This document shows positions 15,454-26,200 of a DNA stretch of 64,000 nt, in pieces. This DNA comes from Fimbriosthenelais zetlandica. Taxonomy: Eukaryota. A model generated the notes under the pieces. The model was not told the DNA's origin. It did no database searches and saw only the letters and a program-made list of their open reading frames with translations. Within the stretch, counting starts at the first letter, position 1; the number at the start of each line of letters is the position of its first letter. The position numbers were made by a program, and so were the translations under genes. The stretch covers positions 19,220,001 through 19,284,000 of the forward strand of contig OZ365114.1 of assembly GCA_977030845.1 (NCBI GenBank), in the 5' to 3' direction.

Positions 15454-18400
15454 ATGGACACGAGCAGTTGGATTTACATGGTTACCTTTCTTGTATCAGT
15501 CAGTCAACTACCTCATGCTTCAGGTGAGTCATTTTCTGCTCGCTTAGATATCTTTACCTTCATTGTCGTTTGATCAATTATTGGCCTATATATATCAACA
15601 GAAAATAACTAAAAGACCAGATATATTGGACATGATTTACGTGCATGAAGACCGAAAACAAGAGTCTATAGGATTTCATTGTCAAGCAAAGTGATGTTCA
15701 TAGTATATAAACAGGTCCTACATCTGACGAGTGAATAAAATGACATAATAATAACCTCGGAGATCTGCAATATTCACCCAATTCTCCCCCAAATCTACCC
15801 ACCCTCGAGTTCTCCCACTTTTTGCCTCCAGCTCTTCCTGGCACTTGCCTGCCTCACCCTCTGCCTTTTTAGCCAATCATCAAAGCCTCAGCCAGCTTCC
15901 TAGGGAGCATTCATTATTTGCAGTTAGTGAGGCATGGTAGAATCGTTATTCATGGATGATTAACTGATTCTTGGATCCACACACAGGCAGTGCTATGGCA
16001 TTTATCGACCCTGGTGAAATCTGGGGCCAGTTATGCCGAGTGCCAAGTGCCACCTGGCGGATTAGGCCTAGTTCTCTCAGTCCACGTGATGTCGAAGGCT
16101 GTGATGTGATTGGGGAAGTATGTCATGTGATCTATAATGCCCTTACTGAGGCTGGTTCAGGTTGCACTGAGAGGTCCCTTTATATATCCACCCAACTCAA
16201 AATTCACAAAGCCATATTTTTTCTTGATCTACGGCATCGTTTAAAAATCAATATAAGCACAGCATTGGCCTGGGTATGTATTATATAAAATATAGAACTT
16301 TATGATTTCACATTTGACTTTTTTCTGTTCACTCAGCTGATCATAATGCCAGCTCTCTACTGGAGCGAGTGGCTCACACGTATTGGAACTGGAAGATCAG
16401 GCAGTTCCCAACGATTGCCTCACAATTTTACATTCCCTACATGGACGACAAACTTGAGAACTATTCAATCTTCGCTGCAGAGGAGAGATACGTAAGAGAT
16501 ATCAATTTGCATGCCAAACAAGTTTGCATGGTTACTTTTCATACGACAAGACTAAGTTGCGAATATGTAGATTCTAAACGTCTCACAAGTTCAATATTGG
16601 ACATCCTTTCCTTATGAAAATCACTCAATTGGAATCTAATGACTAGGGTTGGATTGCAATTTCATGAACATATAGAAATGTAGGCTATTCTGCTTTTTTT
16701 CCAGGAATATGCTGGTTCACTTTGGCACCACTTACAGCGTGTTAACGTCAGTGAGCTTGATGATAACGACACTCTCACATATGACGTGTTGACATGTGAT
16801 TTACGACACTTAATAGATGGCTACAAATATAGAATGTAAGTAGAGCCAATAAATACCATATACACTACAGAGGGAAACGGAACGTCAATGCCACTCTCTC
16901 CTTCCTCTCCAATTGTCTTCCCACCAAACCGATCACTATGCCACACACTCACACGCCCATTTTAAAACAATACAGGACACTGGTGGAATTTTCCTTTTAG
17001 TGACCCTCATAATTGCTCTCTCAGTCCTTCACCTCTCCAATATCTACCCACCCGAATTCCTGCCACCTTCCCAAGAACCCACTCGCCCATCCTGCAGTGA
17101 CATACGAAAAATTATGCGGCCCTTGATTTCTCACACCTTCATCTACGCCCGGGTTACCTTGGTTAAATCAGTTGTAGAAACATTGAACCCTCGCACCCAC
17201 CTGCATGTGCTCTTACATATCACCCATGCAGATGCTTAGGTATAATTAACGTTGCCGTCAATCTTTCTCCAGGTACGGCTCTGTTAATCCCATCAACTTC
17301 CTCCAAGGCTTCCACATGAGGAAGTCATGGATCAGGAACACGATACTTAACACCTTCCAATCTTATCAACGGTTTCTGAAGCGACTGGAGAGCGTTGCCG
17401 TTCAGGTTAGTCCAAAACATCCAGTATATTTATAATATGTGAATAAGAACTAGTCAAGTGTCCTACTAAACCCATAATGATCAGGTAAAATAAATCGGTT
17501 CATTATTTCAGGTTGATGATGTCATAGTCTTAATGAGGGAAGCTGTTCGGCTCAATCATACAAATCATAACGTCTCTATGGTAACTAGAAATTATTTCAA
17601 TGTCGCATATCAAATATTATTAGTAAGTGCCATTGAAGAATTTCCTTTGTGATATCGATACAAGCAATGTAATAATCATATTATTTCTTGCAGACAGGTG
17701 TAGTTGAAGCTGTAAGCTCTGAGCTGGATATACCAGACAATGAAACGGTTTATTTCCAACCTTTTCTTCTACCATCCGGTCTTCAGGCTGCTTACACACC
17801 TTCACAATGGTAGCTAAGCATATTCTTTTAATCATATTTTAAGCATCTCGTCTCTCCGAATTAGATAATCAAGTTTAAACAGAAACTATGGGAAAGTATA
17901 TGACTATATTTTTGATTTTTTTCAGGAAGATCCTTGTTAAAAAGGCATTATACATCATTTCACATATCATTAAGCCAGCATACAGAAGACTCAGGGACTT
18001 CCTAATAGAGGTAAACCTTTTATAATAGGTATGTAGGGAGCCTGTGGATGCTATGATTAACAATATCATGATGGCCTAAATGGCCAGAGTAAGAGATCCA
18101 AGAGAGTTAGCCATCGTTAGCAAGTGTGATGCCACAGGATGTCACATGGTGTTGGTTAGCCAATCAGAGTAAGGAAAGCTTTGGTGCATTGCCATTCTCC
18201 TGTACAGGGGTGGGTGGGGAATGCCATCTAACGGTCCAGTCTCAGGTCAGTGGCAATGCACCAAACCCTTCCTTATTCTGATTGGGCACCATGTGACATC
18301 CTGTGACATCATACTTGCTAAAAGATGGCTGATCTGTGACTGGGGCGAGTTATCATGTTTAGGAATTGATTTCTCTCTACTGAGAGGCATCAGGTACCTA

Positions 18401-21039
18401 TAATTCGTAGTGAAATCAACTATGTTCAGATCTACTAAGTAATTTTATATCATTTAATGTTTGACTACCTGGTACGAGGATGTAGAAAACCTTTGGATAA
18501 ATTCATGCCAAACTGGCAGTGAGAAAAAGTCATTTGGGGTTTCTAGGTTTATCTACCAGCAACCCGGCCAGGCTATGGGGTGGGTTCAATGCCAGGTGGC
18601 TTGGAATATTATGAGGCATGTCTACGTTTCCACCTGACGGCTGATGTCAGTACTGCAGAGATCCGCGACTTGGGGCTAAGAGAAGTGGAGAGGATCAAGA
18701 CACAGATGTACCAAGTCAGTCATTATCTCATCATTATTTTTTGTTATGGAAAGTAAAAATTATGTGATGCATTAAGTGATACAATGTACATGAAAAGAGA
18801 ATGATTTAAGATGCTCAGTCGATTCATTTCAACTAATTTGGCATTCTCTATTACAGATTATCAAAGAACAAGGGTTCAAAATGAGTTTATCCGAGTTCTT
18901 TTCCTTCATACGGGACAATCGAACAGCTCAATTCTACAATAGATCTCAGGATGAGATATTAGAAGGATATAAACATATTATCCATAACGTCATAGCGCCA
19001 AAATTACCCACCGTTCTCAAGGATATGCCAATAGAAGATATTCAGTAAGTTTGTTTAATAGTAATTTCTTCTGTCAAGGAGGAAGATGATCCCCAATAAT
19101 TTCTTGATAGGCAACAAACACATCCTACCATAAATCATAATATTCTATCCAATCTATTGTTATGACAGTCATATGTATTATATTATATATATTATATGCC
19201 TCACTAATATTTTCAGAGTCGTGCCCATGCAAATAGATGGCCCTACTGGTAGTTACAGTCATGGGACATTCTACGTCAATCTTCGACAATCACACAAGCG
19301 GTGCGAAATATGTTCCTAACTGTTTAAACAATTTGAAGAGACCCTCCATCCACACATTCAATAATATAATCGATATTTCATAGTATTTTATCATCATTCT
19401 GGGCATAAGTCACATTCCATTTCCTTTACTTCAGACCCACCTTCACAATGATGGCGTTAGCCCTTCATGAGGCAAATCCTGGTCACCATTTGCAGGTATG
19501 TATTCAGACCATAGAACTATATATAGACGTATAGTTCTATGTTCAGACCACACTTATGGTATACATGTAATTGGGGCCCGGGGTCGGGGTTGGGGTAGTG
19601 CAGAGGATATTTGAAAGTGGTACATATATATACGAGGTGTACATTTGTGGGGGAGTTTTTCTTAATGATAATCAACCAAATACATTATTGGGACCAATTA
19701 GTAATTACACACTTTCTGACCTTCACTTTTCAGGTCCAATATAGCCACCATCAAGATGTGCCTGCATTTCGTCGCTATCTTTGCTGTATGACATACAACA
19801 GAGTCCCCTTTGCCTACCAATGGTACTCTGCATATACCGAGGTAGCTAGGCTTACAGTTCCATACATTTGATAAATAATGCAGTCTTTAGAATTAAGTAC
19901 CTTTTTGTGTCCTTAATAAGGTTCGAGTATGAGAAAATGGTTCAAAATACTCACAATTGATTGGAACTTTCAGGGCTGGGGACTCTACGCTGAGTATTTA
20001 GGTGAACTGATGGGCGTCTACAATCATTCTGCTTTAGAATTGTGAGTCCTACCTCGACCATTACCAAGTCACATTTCTACTTTATACTGCAATCTATTTG
20101 CTCGTGCGACGTTCTAATTGCATCTGTGATTGCTGATTTAGGTTTGGTCGGTACTCAGCAGAAATATTACGTGCCTGTCGACTTGTGGTGGACACAGGCA
20201 TACATGCATATGGGTAAGCCCAGTTTATTTATAATTCCTGTGTTTATTTTACTGACAGAATGGCTCTACAGTTGTTCTGCTTCAGTAGGGATGGATCCAA
20301 GATTTGATGGGTGCGTGGGTGGGTTGGGAGGGTGTTGGGTGGGAGCTTGTGGGTCAAATGAAAATGAATATTAGGCCTATTATGTGACCCCCTGGATCTG
20401 CCCTTGTTCAACTAACGAAAAATTTATATTTGTTTATTTAATCCATGCTCATTTGTGTAGGTGGAGTAGAGAGGAGGCCATTGTGTATTTGGAAGAGCAT
20501 ACAGCCATACCACGTCGTCAGATTGAGGTAGAGGTAAACCGCTACATCTCGTGGCCAGGCCAGGCTTGTGCCTACAAGTATGGAGAGATCACCATCCAGA
20601 GCCTGAGAGAGGAGGCCCAAAAGGCCATGGGTGAGTCCACATACTGAGAATCTTTTATGGTAAATAACATGATGAAAAATGGTACCATAGTCGAAACTGC
20701 CAACAAGAGCAATTTCTGGCATAAATAAACTTTTTCATCAAAACCAGTTAGCTATAAATTATTGGTTGAGAATGGATCCAATCATTAAACAACTCACTTA
20801 ACTATGTTTTACCTTTTGCAGGTGCTAACTTTGATATTAGGGAGTTTAACCACCAAGTACTGAAAGTTGGACGAGTACCTTTGGATGTTCTTAAAAAGGT
20901 TACCAGGAAATGGATTAAAAGGTCGATAAAAAATTGGCAAGCCCAAGTGAGCGATGTAAGCAGTAAGAGTGAACATCTGCGTCTCCAGTCCGCCTTCCTT
21001 TTGTTTCTACTGGCCTGCTGGACAGGCCTGCACCTCTGA
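15454..21039 (+). CDS. DUF885-family protein, paralog A (631 aa): signal peptide, putative zinc-metallopeptidase-like domain, GPI-type tail
   Basis: Exons 15454-15523, 16337-16491, 16705-16835, 17273-17405, 17512-17580, 17694-17809, 17926-18010, 18547-18714, 18857-19044, 19217-19300, 19435-19495, 19734-19841, 19974-20041, 20142-20213, 20461-20630, 20822-21039 (1896 nt, open frame, all GT-AG). Motifs ALHEANPGHHLQ, YTEGWGLYAEYLG, RACRLVVDTGIH, EVNRYISWPGQACAYKYG, FDIREFNHQVLKVGRVPL. AATAAA at 21159. Confidence 0.93.
18107..18332. repeat. Long imperfect inverted repeat (~85-bp arms, 56-nt loop) in DUF885-A intron 7; MITE or foldback-like
   Basis: Left arm 18107-18194 ttagccatcgttagcaagtgtgatgccacaggatgtcacatggtg...ccaatcagagtaaggaaagctttggtgcattgcca pairs with right arm 18251-18332 tggcaatgcaccaaacccttccttattctgattggg..caccatgtgacatcctgtgacatcatacttgctaaaagatggctga. 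Confidence 0.85.
19503..19550. repeat. Small perfect hairpin (12-bp arms) bracketed by a 9-bp direct repeat
   Basis: catagaactata (19510-19521) and tatagttctatg (19530-19541); ttcagacca at 19503-19511 and 19542-19550. Confidence 0.7.
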
Positions 21040-23275
21040 GACCAATATAGATTATTCTAGTTTCCTTTAAAGTGCCACAGGGCAACGGAGAAAGGACTAT
21101 GTTGACGACGTGTACTTTGCAGGATTAATGCGGGAAATTGCAGACTTAAAGTGACATAAATAAAAGTCACAATTAGGCCTATGTGCTCCAAATAGAGCAT
21201 GTTAAGTTTGCATCCAAGACATTTAAAAACAGGAGTCATTCTACATCCGGTGCTTTCTCTCTTTCCCAAATGCCTAGTTCTGGCTGTGGCAAGGTTCTTT
21301 ACAGATAAATGATATAAGTATTTTTGTACTTGGTAATTTGTTATAAGTAAGTGTGTTTTGACATGTAGTTGTTGTTTTGCCTGTAGTAAAGAGGATGAAT
21401 CAGTATATCTGGACAGGTTTTGGATGTAAATAAAGTAATAAAATTTATATATGAGCTCATTCTAGTTTTATCTATATATGCTTAATGTATGCCTACCAAC
21501 ATACCAAATATTGCCATAATGCCATCTGTTAGAAAGCTTCTAAATTAAGCAAAGAATTTGTGGTTTCAGCTAGGTACAATCTTAGAACAAGATCACTAAG
21601 GTTCTGTCACAATGAGATGAAGAGATGATTCTGACACATCTCGGCCCAAGAAAAGATAACAGAAAAAGATGTTCTAACTCTATCAAGTTGTGTCCTGGAG
21701 TCTTTGTCCTGACTTTTTTGGGCGCCTGGGCGAATGTCTGTTTCTGTTCTAAGGATCTAGTTATGTCACATTCATACATGTTAATCGGTCTTCTCTCGCC
21801 CACGATTTGTTCTCGACTGGCCTCGTTATCTCTGGTGAGAGCAAGGCATAAAAAGATGATACTACAACAAGAGCAACCCTTTTTACACCTTTATTCCAGT
21901 ACATGAGTTTCGAAACAGAAGAGATTCGGTAGATAGGAAAGGGTTGTTAAAAGGCGTTGGAAGGATGGGTGAGATATGGAGGAATGGGTCTATAGTAGGG
22001 ACAGGGCAGGTTATTTCTCGTCCCACTGTATTAAAGGGAGACAGGGTTTCGAGTGGGTGGAAGAAACGGTGAGTGACAGTGCAGAGTGCTGAGAAATAAT
22101 AGAACCAATCAGCGACAAATGGCCAGGGTTCTACCGCCCACAGACCCCCAACTGCTCCCCATCCTCCGTCCAACACCAAAAAATATTATCAGCAAAATTA
22201 AATAATTAGACAAGGAAAATGAGGTAACAATGTTTCACCGGGGCCCTTGGTGGTAAATTACTGAGGTAGGAGACAATATTTGTAAAGGAAAACAATGAAG
22301 ATATTTCTGGTGAATGTCCCTAATTTACATCGGACCAGATGAGGTCTGTAATGAGGCAGGGGCTGAAGCAGACCTCTGATTAAGGACTGTCTTCTTCCAC
22401 AACTCCTTCTCCTCCTCACAACAACACAACCAATAATAATGGTGGTCAAATGGACGACAACAAGTAACAAACTATGTGCAGAATGAACGCCACTAACGAG
22501 GCGACCAATCCCTGCATATTTACACGCTCCTTCAAGGCCGCAAATTTCCACACACGACATGAAGCAAAACAAGTCCGTTTTAATGAATTGGAAGTCAAGT
22601 GGTGAGTGCAGAAAACAACTTGGGACAGCTTTCAAAAGCAAAGGAACTTAAAGTGAGTAGTTTGCAAGCTAGGAAATTAATTGGAAAGTTGAAAATAATG
22701 ATGGATTTGAATAAATGAGGTACAGATCTGTTTTAATGATTACGAATAAAATATAAAAGGGGGAAAACAAGCTCAATGAAGTTTGTGCAAAAGTCCATTA
22801 GTGAAATGCCTATCTTACATCTGAAACGAGTAAGATCTAAGTGCCCATGCAGAAATCAAAGAACATCATTGGAGAAATAAAAGACAGTGTAAGCGAGAAA
22901 GAAGGGCAGAAGAACCACAGAAAGAACAAATAACGAAATAGAGGAGCACACCACTCACACTAATCTAGAAGAAACTGGGCCAAATTAATCGGTATTGCAG
23001 TCGTCATCTAACACCGTCGCTTAAGTAGCAACCACAAATTCAACAATGATTAAATACAAAAGTACAAATTACCAATATTTACACATCTATAACTCTTAAA
23101 TCCTTGTACAGACTATGTACAAAATGAGCTTGAATCTTAACATCAAGTTTTGATTTTCCTGTATTACACACTTGGAAAAGATAATTTACATATTGCTAAT
23201 CATCATAATAAATGCAGAAATTAATACTTTGATCTGGCCAGTTTACTTTTGGGGCTGAGTTTTCTCCTCAAATTA

Positions 23276-26200
23276 TCATAATATCATTCTCTGCCCTCGT
23301 GTGAATAGTGAGAGGCATATAGAGCAAAGAATGAGCAGCGTAAGTGACGCCACTCTGACGTCACTTGGGGACCCGGATATGGGTCGTTGTTTGGTGAGCC
23401 ACTCGTGAATGGAGGACTCGAGAATGTCTAGAGGAACGAACCCTTGCCGCAGAACTTCCCAGTGAAATTCTCTCACGTCCATGTTCTCACCTTAATTCAA
23501 TAAACATGCAAAATAATGGACTTCATTTAACCTGTGAATCTATAGGATCTCGCAAAGGAGGATGTGCAAAGCCGACATGTAGGCTGTGAGATATAACTAT
23601 TGTGTTCTTTTGTATGGTCAACGCTGACTATGGAAATGTTTTGTGTTTTAAATTGGTTTAAATTTATCAATTTTTTTATGTGTGAATGCTCCGGTAATTT
23701 AGAAAACCGTGGAATAGTACCGGAAGTGGTCATAAACAGGAAATGCCGAGTTCAGGTGTCGCTATACCAAATCGTCTGGCAGGCTTGAGACGTACTTATT
23801 TCTAACTTAGGCTTAAAACTACTTATTTCTAACTTAGGCCTTAAAGTTACTATACATATAAATTCCGCGAGCGGTTGTATATGTACTCACCGAGTGTTTC
23901 TTCTGCTCTTTTGCGGAGTTCCTTTATTTTCAGTTCTCCTATTTTATAAGCGCAGGCCTGGCCAGGCCATGTGATATAACGGTCCACTTCAATCTCAATC
24001 TGGGGGCGTGCGATGAATGTATGCTTCAGCATGAAGTCTATGGCCTCCTCACGGGTCCATCTATAATCAGATATAGAGAAGATGGTCATGAGATACAATG
24101 GCTTTCAATTATTCACAATGATCTCTTCCATATTATAAGATAGCTCTATTGGCAGCTACATAGAAAGATTGGCCGTATATGGTTCCCACCTTTTAGCATG
24201 AATCCCAGTATCCACGACCAAACGGCATGCTCGGAACATCTCAAAGGTGTATCGCCCAAAGCTGTTAACAAAAAGCAGAGCAGAGAATCTGTTAAGGGAA
24301 ACAGACTACATGAAATGTCCATGACTTGGAGCTTGATTTCGGGCTTCCGATTGGCATTTCTCAATAGCATTTGTGCAGTGTTAAAGGCAATTTGCACTAC
24401 AAATGAGGCATCAAACTATCAATGGTTTCAGTCAAAATGTCATCTGGAGTAAGGTCAAGACCAACCTCTATGCTAGTGATAAAGTACTCATTACTTATTT
24501 TTTATATTTCATGCAAGTATTAGATTACTTTTAGACACTATAGTATCTGTTGTGATCATGTTTTAAGCAGGGAAATAGGTACCAACTATTCATAAGGATC
24601 AGCGTAGAGTCCCATCTCTTCTCCCATGTGCTCGGCATATAGACCCCAGCCCTGGTGAGAAGAAAAAAACACATGGTAAAATTATGTTCTGCTTTCGCCA
24701 ACGATAAATATTAGAGTAAAACTGCCCCAACTACATTGAGCCACGAGCCAATTCTTCCATTGGAAAGCACTTAGCCCATCACGTCCAACAGTTTAAATAC
24801 TTAGCATCTGTGGTCCATTTTGACATCTATCCTCCCTTTACATATTGTTTAACTATTATTTTACACCTCCACCCACCTCGACCATTGCAGTGTAGTATGG
24901 GAAATGTAGGGGAGCAGAGTACTTCCGGCCTCCCCACAAGTAACGCCTGAAGAGGGGGATAGGCAACTTCTGTGTTAATGACACCTGGCAAGGTAAGGTA
25001 AAACAAGGGTAAACACACAGTGAAAAATTATCATTTAGCCTATACAATTTACGTGTTTTGGCACATCCTTTCCTATAATCATCACAGCGCTTATCCTCTC
25101 ATAGTCTATACGGATCGTATTTGAAATTCATTTCCTACTACTCAAAGATATGAAAAAAATAGCAAAGTTATAATATTTATTATGTGCTTACCTGCAAATG
25201 GTGTCCAGGGTTGGACTCATGTAGAGCTATGGCCATCATGGTGAAAGTGGGTCTGTAAAGCATGGGAACATATGTATAAATAAAACAAGGCTATTAAATG
25301 TCAAGTAGGAGTGAATTAGTCACACTGTAAGTGACATGGCATATGGCCTTGTGTAGAGTAATATGCCAGGCTCACCTGGTAGCTGGACGCCTGGTATTTG
25401 CTAGAAAAGTCCCATCAGAATAAATCGCACTCACACCATCAATTGACATAGCTTCCACCCTGGAGTTCAAAACATAAAATTCGCGATTCATCAACTCATC
25501 AAAAAGAAGAAAATTGCAAAGGAAAAGCCCGTAGATATAAGAAACAACTGAAGCTTTTAAATGAATGCATATACAAGACATGTACATGGATCTGTAGGCT
25601 AGAAAACAATAGAGAAACTCACTTGACTGGAGGAATGTCAGTTAAATTAGTGAAGAACTTCGGAAGCTTAGGCTGTATCCGGTCGTAAATAATATCCTTA
25701 TATTCCTCAATGAGGTCTTCCTGAAACAGGTGGAACGATCATCATCTTAGACAGAGTTGTATGGTTGCTCTTTACAAGTTCAGACTGTGTTTTGACTTAT
25801 ACCATATGAAATTTACATCTCAATAGACCCGGCAAAGTTTTACCACTTACTTCTGTGTGGTTGTAGAAACGGTGCTTTGACTCTAGTACTTTGAAGAAAG
25901 ATGTAAGATTTCCTTGAAATCCTAAAGACCTCATGATCTAATAAGAATAATAAATTTCATTATGTACTATGTAATAATACCACTTCAAGTCATTAACTCA
26001 GTGCATAGTAGTGTACTCCATGCTAAAATATTACGGGGAATTTGGTATAGAGCATACTTACTCTTATCATGTGTGTTTTGATACGGGCCACCTCCCGGAG
26101 GCCTACATTGTGGACATAGTCAGGGTGGAGGTCCACTGACAGGTACCAGCGGAGGAGAGCCCGATAATACTGTAAACCCTGGTGGAGACTCCATACACCA

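Noticed and set aside
21900-23000. ORFs between the two DUF885 3' ends
   Set aside because: Probably a decayed repeat or UTR; no domain motif recognised.
24581-24587. Apparent premature TAG in DUF885-B (DPYE*)
   Set aside because: A phase-2 GTTGGT donor splits the codon (TA|C = Tyr), matching the intron position in paralog A; not a pseudogene.
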